A stretch of 64,000 nt of DNA from Candidatus Dojkabacteria bacterium (GCA_041750555.1 JBGSZB010000036.1:17473-81472), one strand, 5' to 3'. Numbered from the stretch's first letter, positions 1 through 10,293 are shown. Made by a program: numbers and translations. The notes: generated by a model from the letters alone, not told the origin.

Positions 1-800
1 AGAGTTTAATTAAAAGTGGTGCTCTAGATTCATTTGGAGATAGAAATGAATTATTAACTGTAATGCCTGAGATATTAAGTAGATCATCTAAACTTAGAGA
101 TAATAAAAATATAGATAACTTCTCTCTTTTTGAAGATGATAGTGAAGCTAAAGCAGAACTTACTAAAACTAATTTCCCAAATACTGTAGTTAAATCTACA
201 GAATTTGAAAAAATGAAATGGGAAAAAGAACTTTTAGGACTATATATCTCCCTACACCCAATGGATGGATTTGAATGGCTAACATTATTTAGCGATTACA
301 TTCATTTAGATCAATTAGATAGTGTTAAAGATGGTAAGAATATTAAAACTATAGCTACAATTGTTTCAAACAAGATAACTCAAACTAAAAGGGATAATTT
401 AAAAATGGCTATACTTACCTTAGAAGATAAAAATGGTAAATGTGAAGCTGTAATGTTTCCAAGAGTTTATGATAAGTATAAACACTTTATACTAGATACC
501 TCTCCATTAATAATTAGAGGTGTATTAAATACAAGAGAAGAGAGACGTACCTTTATTATTAATGAGATTGAACATGGTAAAACATTAACTAGACCTAAAA
601 GAGTAAATATTGATATTTCAACTGTAACAGATAAGCTTGAATTAGATGAGTTAAAGAGTTGTTTTGATGATAACGGTGATACTGAAGTTGTTATTAGATA
701 TGGATCAAAGGGTAAATATAAAACATTTAGTAAAAAGATTGACTTAAATGATAATAGCTCTATAGAGTGTTTAAAAAAATGGGTTAAGGTTAGTATTTAA
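1..800 (+). CDS. dnaE: DNA polymerase III alpha subunit, C-terminal fragment (5' end lies outside the window)
   Basis: The reading frame is open from position 3 (SLIKSGALDSFGDRNELL...) in frame with the 63..800 ORF. WEKELLGLYISLHP and the following OB-fold-like region match the DnaE C-terminus. Confidence 0.75.
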   Translation, partial: SLIKSGALDSFGDRNELLTVMPEILSRSSKLRDNKNIDNFSLFEDDSEAKAELTKTNFPNTVVKSTEFEKMKWEKELLGLYISLHPMDGFEWLTLFSDYIHLDQLDSVKDGKNIKTIATIVSNKITQTKRDNLKMAILTLEDKNGKCEAVMFPRVYDKYKHFILDTSPLIIRGVLNTREERRTFIINEIEHGKTLTRPKRVNIDISTVTDKLELDELKSCFDDNGDTEVVIRYGSKGKYKTFSKKIDLNDNSSIECLKKWVKVSI

Positions 801-1753
801 TCAATAAAAATATATCCTTCTCCTTTTTTAGTAAATATTAGTGTTTTATTTATTCCCTCATTTATTAACTTTTTTCTTAATCTTTCAATTGTCTTAGAAA
901 TTGCTTGTAAAGAAAACTTTTCATTAGGTTTACTCCAAATACTTTCTGCTATTTCATCGAAAGTAATTAATTGTTCTTTCTTTAGAATAAAATTTGATAG
1001 TAACTTTTTTTCACTTAAAGTTAGGCTTTTAAGTTGTTTATTGTTAAAGATAATGTTTCCATTTTCAATACTTAATATAGATTTGTTAGGGTATCCAATC
1101 TTAATAAAGTTTTTATCACTTGTTAAGACTGCATCAATTATTTCATGGTTTGTATCTGTTTTACTATGTCTAACAATATTTGAAATTGAAGTATGATCTG
1201 TAAAGAACTTTTGTAATAATTGATTTTCTTCCCAAGAATATGAAGTGATGGATCTAATAATCATTGCAATTATTGCTTCAATAATATCTTTTTCATCAGC
1301 ATCAAATCTAGGATATAGATAAATTAGATTATTATTTATTCTTCTAAATGAACATATGGTTCCACATACCGTTGGGTAGATTTTAATGCTTAAATTACTA
1401 ACCTGAAATATTTTGCTAATTAGTATTAAAGCTTCATTTATTCTATTATGATCAATCCTAAGTGTAGGTAAATCTGTATCAAAAATAGATATAAATTCTG
1501 GTAATTTAATCTCTTCTTTATGGTAGTTATCTAACCAAAAATCTTCATCTATCTCTTTAATCGTATTATTAGTGATTAGATTATTTAAAGTTCTAGGTGG
1601 TATTAAAAGTGTTTTAACTCTTATCTCTTTATTTATTGTAGTGGCAAGATAGAACCCCTTACTCTGATAGAACCCTTTTTTTATATATGAAAGTGTTAAT
1701 AACAGTTTTCTCTTATCATTATTTATGTTTTCAATTATTTCAAAATTTAACAT
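797..1753 (-). CDS. Putative transcriptional regulator: unknown ~230-aa N-terminal domain fused to a C-terminal OmpR/PhoB-type winged-helix DNA-binding domain
   Basis: The C-terminal ~75 aa (LTLSEKKLLSNFILKKEQLITFDEIAESIW...TIERLRKKL...TKKGEGYIF) fit the trans_reg_C pattern. No receiver domain is present. Confidence 0.5.
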   Translation of the reverse strand: MLNFEIIENINNDKRKLLLTLSYIKKGFYQSKGFYLATTINKEIRVKTLLIPPRTLNNLITNNTIKEIDEDFWLDNYHKEEIKLPEFISIFDTDLPTLRIDHNRINEALILISKIFQVSNLSIKIYPTVCGTICSFRRINNNLIYLYPRFDADEKDIIEAIIAMIIRSITSYSWEENQLLQKFFTDHTSISNIVRHSKTDTNHEIIDAVLTSDKNFIKIGYPNKSILSIENGNIIFNNKQLKSLTLSEKKLLSNFILKKEQLITFDEIAESIWSKPNEKFSLQAISKTIERLRKKLINEGINKTLIFTKKGEGYIFID

Positions 1754-1878
1754 AAGCCCTACTAGATAATTAAATAGCTACGTAGGGATTATATATCTGC
1801 AGTTTTAAATTGTCGATTTAATGTCATGATGATTAATGAAACGTAAGTTAATATCAACTATATTTTTTAATAAATTAT

Positions 1879-2487
1879 ATGAAATTACAAAGAATCGATA
1901 ATGTATTGGAAGGGTTGATTCCTCTTATGAGTCCTCAAATACAAATATACTTTCTTACTAATGCATATAAGTCTGGATTTAAACCCTATCTCCAATTAGT
2001 TTTTAAGTATTTTCTTGATCCATCTAAGTTAACACCTGAGGAAAGAGCGAAAATTAAGGTAATTGAAGGTGCAACAACAGATTTAATGAATTTTGTAATA
2101 AAAAATAAAGATACATGGAAGAACTTTTTTCAAATTATTGATCTATCATTATCTGATTTTGATGGTAATCCATATAGATTAGATTCAGAAGTTTTAGAAA
2201 AATTGGAGATATGGGATGTAGCTGAGTACTCGTTTATAAGTATGTTAGATTTAGTTCAACGTTTTTTCTACTTTGAAGACGAAGATCCAAATATACTTAG
2301 AGAATATCCGCTAGATCAAGATATTCTTGATTTTACTATTGAAATACTGAAAAGGTATTGGATTAATAATAAAGCGACAGAGTCTTCATTAATTTATATT
2401 TGGTTATTAAAAAGAATCGGTTTATCAAAAATGAATGAATTATTAGCAAGTAGTTCAGATAAATCTGGAACTCCATTAGAATGTTAA
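1879..2487 (+). CDS. hypothetical protein
   Basis: 202-aa ORF in a gene-dense context with no recognisable motif. Confidence 0.35.
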   Translation: MKLQRIDNVLEGLIPLMSPQIQIYFLTNAYKSGFKPYLQLVFKYFLDPSKLTPEERAKIKVIEGATTDLMNFVIKNKDTWKNFFQIIDLSLSDFDGNPYRLDSEVLEKLEIWDVAEYSFISMLDLVQRFFYFEDEDPNILREYPLDQDILDFTIEILKRYWINNKATESSLIYIWLLKRIGLSKMNELLASSSDKSGTPLEC

Positions 2488-2573
2488 TAAATGATTTGTA
2501 TACTATTGTTTTTAATAATGGTTGATATGAATAAGTAATAATGGAATAATAGTATGTTTAAATTTTTTAAAAT

Positions 2574-3518
2574 ATGAATAGTACATTAAGTAATAATCAA
2601 TTAATGCAACCACCACAAAATACACCTATGAATAATTCACTACCACCATTACCCCCAATAAATGAAGTTGTTAATCCAACTCCTGTGCCATTACCAACAG
2701 TAACAAATGTCGTAGAAAATCTAGAGCCTACGATTGCAAGGGTAGAGTTAAATGATAAAGTTAATGATAAACCATTAGAAGTTGAAAAGAAAAAGGTTAA
2801 TTCAAAGAATGCTAATACTATTATAATTGTGTTAGGAGTTATATTTGTAATAGTATTAATAATACTATCATTTCTATTAGGTAGATTATCAGCCCCAGTA
2901 ATAACTAAAACTATAGATAATACAGATAATCAAGATGAAGAAGTTGTAAGTGTATTTGATTCATCATTATGGTTAGCTAGAGCACAAAACGGTAGTGGTT
3001 CATATGAAGTAACTGATAATGCTTTAACTATGTCTCTTAAAACTAGTCTTTTAGAATCTGGAACAGCATTTGCAAGGTATGATTTAAAAGAAGAATTACC
3101 TACTAACTTTGATGTTTCAGTTACAATGAGTGACTATGTATTAGATAGCGCTGTTAGTTCATCACTAAATAGGTTAGTATTTGGATTTGATGCTAATGAT
3201 ACTAATTTTTTTAATATTAGGCTTGTAACAGATGCTAGTGGATCATATTTAGATAGTAGGTATGTATCAGATAGTGTTAATGAAACTAGTGAAAAAGTTG
3301 TAATAACAGGAACTCCAGAAATTACATTTAGTGCTAAAAAAACTAGCAATAGTGTTACACTAAGTTATTCTCTAGATGGAGCAACTGCAATAGTTATTAG
3401 AGATATAGAGAACTTTATTGATCTTTCATTAACACCTTCTCTTCAATTATATGCAAATGTTAACAATACAATAGCTGAAGAAATTGAGGCTAAGTATAGT
3501 GCTTGGAGTGTAGAATAG
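2574..3518 (+). CDS. membrane-anchored protein with Pro-rich N-terminus and extracytoplasmic domain
   Basis: Pro-rich N-terminus, a single hydrophobic helix (IIIVLGVIFVIVLIILSFLLG), then a ~200-aa Ser/Thr-rich domain, followed by an intrinsic terminator. Confidence 0.4.
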   Translation: MNSTLSNNQLMQPPQNTPMNNSLPPLPPINEVVNPTPVPLPTVTNVVENLEPTIARVELNDKVNDKPLEVEKKKVNSKNANTIIIVLGVIFVIVLIILSFLLGRLSAPVITKTIDNTDNQDEEVVSVFDSSLWLARAQNGSGSYEVTDNALTMSLKTSLLESGTAFARYDLKEELPTNFDVSVTMSDYVLDSAVSSSLNRLVFGFDANDTNFFNIRLVTDASGSYLDSRYVSDSVNETSEKVVITGTPEITFSAKKTSNSVTLSYSLDGATAIVIRDIENFIDLSLTPSLQLYANVNNTIAEEIEAKYSAWSVE

Positions 3519-3614
3519 ATATTTGATATAATTACAGAATGGAAAAGAATAAATTAACTAACAAATTTTTTATGATGTTTAACTATAAATAAAGGGGTTT
3601 AATTTTGTATATCT

Positions 3615-3640
3615 AAAACCCCTTTAAGGGGTTTTTTTAT
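3615..3640 (+). terminator. rho-independent terminator (aaaacccc-tttaa-ggggtttt followed by a T run)
   Basis: An 8-bp GC-containing stem, 5-nt loop and T-tract about 100 nt downstream of the 2574..3518 stop. Confidence 0.6.
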
Positions 3641-3742
3641 TGCTTTTTATATTTTATTTTAAAATTATCTTTATACTTTAAAGATTAAATATATTAAAGA
3701 GTAATATGTATTTTATTTAATTATTAAGTTATTATTAAAGAC

Positions 3743-5197
3743 ATGAACACATTCTATATTACAACACCAATATTTTATCCTACAGGAACACCACATATTG
3801 GCACGGCTTATACCGTTTTTATAGCTGATACATTAGCTAAATATTATGCTCAAAAATTAGGATCTGATAATGTTTTGTTTTTAACAGGAACTGATGAACA
3901 TGGAGGTAATATTGCTAAAAAAGCTAGTGAATTAGGAGTTACTCCAATTGAATATGTAAATGATTATGCAGAGCGTTACAAAAGGATATGGAGTGGTTTA
4001 AATATATCAAATTCATATTTTATTAGAACAACTAATCCTGAACATGAAGAATTTGCAAAAGAATTAATTCAAAAGTCTTTTGATAATGGAGATATATATG
4101 AAGGAACGTATGAGGGGTGGTATTGTGAGAGTTGTGAGAGTTACTATTCTGAAGAAGATTTAATTGATGGTAAATGTCCTAATCATCCAACTAAGTTACC
4201 AATATTTACTAAAGAAAAAAACTATTACTTTAAGTTATCAAAGTATTCTGATTGGTTATTAAATTACATTGAAGAAAATCCCGAATTTATTACTCCAATT
4301 AAATGGAGAGAATATGTTAAATCATTAATTAGGGAGAGATTAAAAGATATTCCAGTAACTAGAGCTAATGTTTCTTGGGGAATAGAAGTCCCATTTGATA
4401 AATCTCAAACAATATATGTTTGGTATGATGCACTACCTAACTATTTATCATATTTAAACTTTAAGGATAGTTTAGAAAAAGATTATTATAATAGATTCTG
4501 GGGTAACAGTGTACATGTAGTGGGTAAAGATATTATTAAATTTCATGCAATACTTTGGCCTGCAATGTTAAAGTCTGCAGGTTATCCAATATTTAAAAAA
4601 CTTTTAGTACATGGTTTCTTTACTGTTAATGGTTTAAAGATTGGTAAGAGTAATAACAATGCAATAGATCCCCTAGAGTTAGGTGAAAAATATACTAATG
4701 ATGCAGTTAGATATGCACTTTTATCTGAATTCCAAATAGGTAATGATGGAGATTTTAGTATTGAAAGATTAGAGTCTAAATACAATGGTGAATTAGGTAA
4801 TAACTTTGGTAATTTATTAAATAGAGTTATACATTTAGCTAATCTTAAAGATGTAAATCTTCATGAAGATATTGAGATTGATAAGGATGTAAGTACATAT
4901 ATATCTACTATTGAAAATGAATATATTAACAATATTGAAAGTTTTAAAATATTTGAAGCTATACAAAATGTATCTGAATTATGTAGTTTTGGTAATAAAT
5001 ATGTAAATGATAAAAAGCCTTGGGAAATAACAGATACTAATGAATTAAAAAGTGTATTAATAACTCTAAGAGTATTGCTAGAAAAAGTAATAGAGCTTTA
5101 TTCTCCAATAATACCTGATAGTAGTTTAAAAGCATCTAATGCACTAAAAAATCAAGAAAAGATTATTCTATTCCCTAAATTAGAATTAAAGAGTTAG
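3743..5197 (+). CDS. metG: methionyl-tRNA synthetase (short form, no C-terminal dimerisation domain)
   Basis: HIGH-type motif TPHIGTAYT, KMSKS-type motif KIGKSNNN, Zn-knuckle CESCESYY...CPNH, length 484 aa. Confidence 0.9.
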   Translation: MNTFYITTPIFYPTGTPHIGTAYTVFIADTLAKYYAQKLGSDNVLFLTGTDEHGGNIAKKASELGVTPIEYVNDYAERYKRIWSGLNISNSYFIRTTNPEHEEFAKELIQKSFDNGDIYEGTYEGWYCESCESYYSEEDLIDGKCPNHPTKLPIFTKEKNYYFKLSKYSDWLLNYIEENPEFITPIKWREYVKSLIRERLKDIPVTRANVSWGIEVPFDKSQTIYVWYDALPNYLSYLNFKDSLEKDYYNRFWGNSVHVVGKDIIKFHAILWPAMLKSAGYPIFKKLLVHGFFTVNGLKIGKSNNNAIDPLELGEKYTNDAVRYALLSEFQIGNDGDFSIERLESKYNGELGNNFGNLLNRVIHLANLKDVNLHEDIEIDKDVSTYISTIENEYINNIESFKIFEAIQNVSELCSFGNKYVNDKKPWEITDTNELKSVLITLRVLLEKVIELYSPIIPDSSLKASNALKNQEKIILFPKLELKS

Positions 5198-7017
5198 TTA
5201 TTTGAAGTATTAAGGGTTAATAGGTCATTTAAACTTACAGAGCTATTTAAATATTGCTCATAAGTTACAAATTTAACAGCTCCTAAATCTCTATCTGCTC
5301 TATAGTTATTAACTGAGTTTAGTAGTTCTTTAATAGAATCAATTTCTAAATCTAACCAATCAATATGTGATGAATATGATATTAATCTATCATACCCAAG
5401 AATTGTATTTAAAGGATATTGTTGTTCAAATATCTCAATTAATTTAGTAGCTTCTTGTGTATATCCATCTAAACCGTTATTAGGAATTTCAATAATATTA
5501 AGATATGTATTGTTAAATTCTTCCCTAACTATATTACTAAACTCATTAAAGTTATCTGTAGATATACCATTAGATATATTTTCTTTTAAAGGAATATAGC
5601 TTTGAACTTGGGTATCTAACTCCCAAGATTGTAAAACATCATTTTTACCTAATTTAACGCTTTCTCGGGCTGATGAATCATATACAAATCCTGATTCTAC
5701 TAAAGCTTGTAGTATATCGCTATTCATAAACCAACCACCACTTCTAAAGCCTTTAATACTATCTATTTCATAATCACTATACTTTTTAAATTGAGTTTTT
5801 AATTTATCAATAGACCAGTTTAAAAGAGTTTTAATCTCATCTTTTGAGTAGTTAGTAATTAATGTATCATAACCATTTTCTCCATTATCCCAAGTTTCCC
5901 CTTCATATTTTGCATTAATTCCAACCTCTTCAATTAAATCATGTTGCATATGTAAGTGTAGTGCTAAATCATCTCCTTTAGTTAATCTATCACTTACCCA
6001 ATCAGTTATTTCTTCTCTTTTAACTTCATTAGTTTTAATATATATGTATATTCTTGGATTAAAAAAGTGAGTTACATTAATACCATATTCACTTAAAGTA
6101 TTTTCTAAAATTTGAAATTGATTATTACTAGGTATTATTCCTTCATAATCAATACTCCAAGAGATATATAGTGGGTGGGTGTATATAAATGTTGAGGTAT
6201 TGGATTTGTATATTTGATTATTGTTTCTAACTATTAAGTAAACCTCATTAACACCATTTATTAATTTAGAGTTATCTAAAACAATATTGTTATTAAGTAA
6301 CTTAACTTTAGAATAGTCAGTAATATTATTGTTGTATATAGCCCATATATCACTATTGTTTAAATCAATAGTACTATTAACTCTTAAATTAATATCATTT
6401 AATGTTTTCTCATTTAAATTCCATAGTTTCTCACTAAATATATTAATTAGTGTTTGCTCTTCATAAGACAAATTAGAAAAAGATATTTCGCTTATTTCTT
6501 CTCTACTTAAGTTATCTCTATTAATTAAATATTCATTAATATTTGAAGTTCTATCTCCATAGTAAATATAGTAATTAGTAAAGTTATTATTTTTATTAAA
6601 TTTAATTATTGTATCAATATTATCCCGATTAAATATTTCATAACTTAAATATTGATAATTACTATTACTTAAGTTATACCCTATAATATTTATATCTAAT
6701 GCACTATCTAAACTCTTTTTATCTAAAACTAATTCAGCATGGTTTAATTTAAAATATACTTCACTATTACTACTTAATATCTCTCGTCTAAAGGGGGAAG
6801 AGTCACTTATCCAACTTAAACTATTATCATTTACTGATAAATTATCGGGAACTTGTGGTAATTGAGAATTAAGATATGAGAATATTAAATTAATTATTAA
6901 AAGTGTTAGAAATATTAATATTGAAATTAATATATATCTATTTCTCTTAACTACTAAGATCTTTTTAAGATTGTACTTTATTTTAAATTTTAAGTTATGC
7001 ATTAAATTTATAAGCAT
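5194..7017 (-). CDS. membrane-anchored secreted protein, possibly a divergent polysaccharide deacetylase (CE4-like) domain
   Basis: N-terminal TM helix. The C-terminal region has SIDYEG...HLHMQHD...FRSGGW, reminiscent of NodB motifs (TFDDG / HxxxH / RPPxG). The assignment is weak. Confidence 0.35.
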   Translation of the reverse strand: MLINLMHNLKFKIKYNLKKILVVKRNRYILISILIFLTLLIINLIFSYLNSQLPQVPDNLSVNDNSLSWISDSSPFRREILSSNSEVYFKLNHAELVLDKKSLDSALDINIIGYNLSNSNYQYLSYEIFNRDNIDTIIKFNKNNNFTNYYIYYGDRTSNINEYLINRDNLSREEISEISFSNLSYEEQTLINIFSEKLWNLNEKTLNDINLRVNSTIDLNNSDIWAIYNNNITDYSKVKLLNNNIVLDNSKLINGVNEVYLIVRNNNQIYKSNTSTFIYTHPLYISWSIDYEGIIPSNNQFQILENTLSEYGINVTHFFNPRIYIYIKTNEVKREEITDWVSDRLTKGDDLALHLHMQHDLIEEVGINAKYEGETWDNGENGYDTLITNYSKDEIKTLLNWSIDKLKTQFKKYSDYEIDSIKGFRSGGWFMNSDILQALVESGFVYDSSARESVKLGKNDVLQSWELDTQVQSYIPLKENISNGISTDNFNEFSNIVREEFNNTYLNIIEIPNNGLDGYTQEATKLIEIFEQQYPLNTILGYDRLISYSSHIDWLDLEIDSIKELLNSVNNYRADRDLGAVKFVTYEQYLNSSVSLNDLLTLNTSNN

Positions 7018-7154
7018 TTACTTTAGTATATGTTATTTAATTAATAAACTCTTAAGATTTTTTAGAAACATATATATTCCTGATTATATATATTTTTAGA
7101 ATATTTAATAATTCTGTAGTAATATTATTACACATAATTTATTACTTTTTTAAA

Positions 7155-8582
7155 ATGTTAAAGGTATACAATAGTTTAACTAAAACATTGGAAGAGTTTA
7201 ATCCAATGGTTGAAGGTAAGGTTAGCATGTATACTTGTGGTCCGACTGTATATAGTTATCCAACTATTGGGAATTGGAGAACATATATCTTCTCAGATGT
7301 TGTTAATAGAAGTTTAAGATACTTAGGGTATGATGTTTCATTTGTAATGAATTTAACTGATGTAGGGCATCTAACAGGGGATAATTTAGGTGATTCATCA
7401 AGTGGTGAGGATAGGTTAGAGAAGGCAGCTAAAAGAGAGAAAAAAAGCGCATGGGATATTGCTAAATTTTATTCTGATGATTTTGTTAATGGAGTAAATA
7501 GATTAAATATTTTAAATCCAATAATCTTTTGTAAGGCTACTGAACATATTCAAGAACAAATTGATTTAGTTAAAAAAATTGAGGAGAGAGGTTTTACATA
7601 CTCCACAACTGATGGAATATATTTTGATGTTAAAAAATATGAATCTAATGGAAACACTTATGGTGAATTATCTAACCTAGATCAAATTTTAGAAGGAGCT
7701 AGAGTTGAGATTAACCCAGAAAAAAAAGACCCAAGAGATTTTGCTTTATGGAAGTTTAGTCCTAGAGATTCTAAAAGAGATATGGAATGGGATTCTCCAT
7801 GGGGAATGGGTTTCCCAGGATGGCATATTGAATGTAGTGCTATGGGCATGAAGTATTTAGGAGAACAGATAGATTTGCATTTAGGAGGAGAGGATTTAAG
7901 ATCAACTCATCATCCTAATGAGATAGCTCAAAGTGAAGCTGCAACAGATAAGAAACCCTTTGTTAAGTATTGGATGCATGGAGCATTTCTTCAAGTTGAT
8001 GGTGGTAGAATGGGTAAAAGTTTAGGTAATGCATATACCTTATCAGATATTGATGAAAAAGGAATTAATCTAATAGCGCTAAGATATTTCTATTTCTCAT
8101 CTCACTACAGATCTAAACTTAATTTTACATGGGATGCACTAAAATCTAGTGAAACTACACTAAATAAACTAATTAATACTGTTAAAAGGTTATCTAGTGA
8201 AGTTGAGACTTTGCATAATATTGATTTAAATATTAATTTAGATTATCAAACTAAGTTTATACAGTATTTAGAGAATGACTTTGATATGCCAAAGGTATTA
8301 AGTTTAATGTGGGAGTTAATTAAAAGTGATTTATCATCTTCAACTAAATTAGCTACGTTATTAGATTTTGATCGTGTATTAGGTTTTAATTTAACTAATG
8401 TTTTAGATCAACCTAGTAGTATTGATATAAGTGATGAAGTTAAAACTCTTTTACTTGAAAGAGATGTAGCTAGAAAGAAAAAAGATTTTAATGAATCAGA
8501 TAGAATTAGAGATATATTATTTAATGAGTATCATATTAAAGTATATGATACTGATAAAGGACAAGAGATAGAGGAGGTTTAA
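7155..8582 (+). CDS. cysS: cysteinyl-tRNA synthetase
   Basis: CGPTVYSYPTIGNWRTY (HIGH-like), KMGKSLGN (KMSKS), WHIECSAM zinc site, 475 aa. Confidence 0.9.
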   Translation: MLKVYNSLTKTLEEFNPMVEGKVSMYTCGPTVYSYPTIGNWRTYIFSDVVNRSLRYLGYDVSFVMNLTDVGHLTGDNLGDSSSGEDRLEKAAKREKKSAWDIAKFYSDDFVNGVNRLNILNPIIFCKATEHIQEQIDLVKKIEERGFTYSTTDGIYFDVKKYESNGNTYGELSNLDQILEGARVEINPEKKDPRDFALWKFSPRDSKRDMEWDSPWGMGFPGWHIECSAMGMKYLGEQIDLHLGGEDLRSTHHPNEIAQSEAATDKKPFVKYWMHGAFLQVDGGRMGKSLGNAYTLSDIDEKGINLIALRYFYFSSHYRSKLNFTWDALKSSETTLNKLINTVKRLSSEVETLHNIDLNINLDYQTKFIQYLENDFDMPKVLSLMWELIKSDLSSSTKLATLLDFDRVLGFNLTNVLDQPSSIDISDEVKTLLLERDVARKKKDFNESDRIRDILFNEYHIKVYDTDKGQEIEEV

Positions 8583-8971
8583 GCCTCTATTGAGAATAGT
8601 CTATTTTTTACATCAGCTACATTTTTTAAAGTACTATCTGCATCTATAGTAATTTGATCTAATTCAATCTCTATTAATTCTTTAAAACTTGTACCAAAGA
8701 ATTCAATTATGCATGTAACTACATGTATAAGTCTAGGATCTCTTTGAAAAGTTTTTAAAAAAATACGTAGTAATTTTAAAAAGTTATCATCCAATTCAAA
8801 GTCTATAATATCTTCATATTCAAAAAGTTCACTTACAACCTCTAATCTTGAATTAATACCCTCTTTAAATGCTTCTAACGAATTGAATACTTGCCAATTT
8901 CTTAATAGAATAAGATCATATTCAAGGTTTTTATATGTTGTGAATAGAAACTCTCTATCATGTATTGCCAT
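8579..8971 (-). CDS. small acidic hypothetical protein, member A of a 4-gene tandem paralog array
   Basis: Shares the motif L..F...F..D.RL..VV.I with the ORFs at 8992..9363 and 9848..10240. Its stop codon overlaps the cysS stop (TTAA). Confidence 0.5.
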   Translation of the reverse strand: MAIHDREFLFTTYKNLEYDLILLRNWQVFNSLEAFKEGINSRLEVVSELFEYEDIIDFELDDNFLKLLRIFLKTFQRDPRLIHVVTCIIEFFGTSFKELIEIELDQITIDADSTLKNVADVKNRLFSIEA

Positions 8972-8991
8972 TTAAATATATAAACTCAGAT

Positions 8992-9363
8992 TTAAGCTTC
9001 TGTAGGGTAATATATTGATATAAGACTTCGTGCTCTAACTGCAGTTTCTCTTGAATTTTTTTCTATTTCTTGTAAATTTTCTCTAATAAAAGGTTTTACA
9101 TCTGCAGGACATAAAGCGTTTAAAACATAAACTACTTGAGTTAATTTTTCATCTGATCCAAATATCTCAAAAAAAAGAGATATGTATTTTAGATAAAATA
9201 TAAAGGCTTCTTCACTTTCTATTTTAATTCCTCTGCCTAAATACTGAACTTTATTAACAATACGTGCAGTAAATTCTTTACTATCTTCTAAAGTTCTAAG
9301 TATAATTAAATCATCACGAAGCTCGGCATGCGATTGATCAAAGTGATTAATTAATTTTGGCAT
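8992..9363 (-). CDS. small acidic hypothetical protein, paralog B
   Basis: YLKYISLFFEIFGSDEKLTQVVYVL aligns with paralog A (LLRIFLKTFQRDPRLIHVVTCII) and paralog D (LLALYLEVFKDDRRLTTVVEIIL). Confidence 0.5.
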   Translation of the reverse strand: MPKLINHFDQSHAELRDDLIILRTLEDSKEFTARIVNKVQYLGRGIKIESEEAFIFYLKYISLFFEIFGSDEKLTQVVYVLNALCPADVKPFIRENLQEIEKNSRETAVRARSLISIYYPTEA

Positions 9364-9403
9364 TCAATTTAAAATAATAAATATAAAGATATGATAATAC
9401 TAG

Positions 9404-9817
9404 TTAGCTTAATATATCAAGTATATAACTTATTATTAATAACCCTTCGTCACTTAATGGTTCAGATATTACTCCTATTAACTCTCTTAACCTAGATAAA
9501 TCATCACTGTTCGAAGTATTATTTTTAAAAATATTTATAGCCTCAATATTTTCTGGAGTTGATAGAGTAGTCTTAATGAATTCTAGAATTTCTTTAAAAT
9601 TATCATCAGCTTTAAAAGCTTTAATAATGAATATAACGTATAGAAGCTTTGTATAGACATCCTCTGTTGCAAGCAAGGTTTCAAACCCTTCTTTTATTCC
9701 TGCAAGCGATCTGTTTTGATACAATTTAATATCTGTTACTTTTACTTTCATATCAAGTTCCATAGAATCATCATTCATATTCATTCCTCTTCCTAATGGT
9801 TTATTTGGATCACCCAT
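9404..9817 (-). CDS. small acidic hypothetical protein, divergent member C of the array
   Basis: Same size, strand and spacing. Weaker similarity (LLYVIFIIKAFKADDNFKEILEFI). Confidence 0.4.
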   Translation of the reverse strand: MGDPNKPLGRGMNMNDDSMELDMKVKVTDIKLYQNRSLAGIKEGFETLLATEDVYTKLLYVIFIIKAFKADDNFKEILEFIKTTLSTPENIEAINIFKNNTSNSDDLSRLRELIGVISEPLSDEGLLIISYILDILS

Positions 9818-9847
9818 ATATTTAAATTAAAAGATTAAATAATATAC

Positions 9848-10240
9848 TTATTGTTCTTCTGAAAAACGTTTTCTTAAAAGATCATCTACCCGACCAAGTG
9901 TTGCTTGAGTATCCTGTTTAATATACAGCAGTTTTTGATGAATAAACTCTGAACATTCACTACACTCTGCTAATATAATCTCAACTACAGTTGTTAATCT
10001 TCTATCATCCTTAAATACTTCCAAGTAAAGAGCTAAAAGACTTAAAATATCATCTCTTCTACCTTCCATTGTCATTAGCATATTGTTTTTAGCTATAACT
10101 CCAAATCTAATTGCCTCTATGAATCTATCTCTTTCTAACACTTCATCCAATTTTTTAAGTTCTTCTAAATCAGCTATTACTCTAGCTTTGAGATCTCCTA
10201 TTGTAGTTTTTAAACCAATAAGTAAATTTTTATCTGGCAT
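9848..10240 (-). CDS. small acidic hypothetical protein, paralog D
   Basis: The motif is shared with paralogs A and B. Confidence 0.5.
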   Translation of the reverse strand: MPDKNLLIGLKTTIGDLKARVIADLEELKKLDEVLERDRFIEAIRFGVIAKNNMLMTMEGRRDDILSLLALYLEVFKDDRRLTTVVEIILAECSECSEFIHQKLLYIKQDTQATLGRVDDLLRKRFSEEQ

Positions 10241-10293
10241 AAAAAAGATATTTAACTATGTTGATATTAACACCAAATCATTAACTTATTCAA

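Noticed and set aside
1754-1878. Inverted repeat CCCTAC-N19-GTAGGG in the divergent intergenic region
   Set aside because: Short stems with a long loop and no recurrence elsewhere in the window. Insufficient to call an operator.
3134-3349. Short antisense ORFs embedded in larger genes (for example 3134..3349, 4582..4785, 10083..10325, 22419..22799, 25505..26587, 42339..42740, 48550..48975)
   Set aside because: They lie entirely within, and antisense to, well-supported genes. They are low-complexity Leu/Ser/Ile-rich translations typical of AT-rich antisense frames.
3519-3742. T-box or other leader riboswitch upstream of metG (and 7018..7154 upstream of cysS)
   Set aside because: No specifier-loop/T-box consensus (AATTAGGGTGG-like) and no antiterminator structure. 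The only structure is the terminator of the preceding gene.
8579-8582. Convergent genes sharing overlapping stop codons (TTAA) at 8579-8582 and 5194-5197
   Set aside because: A common consequence of tight packing in small genomes, not a functional element in itself.
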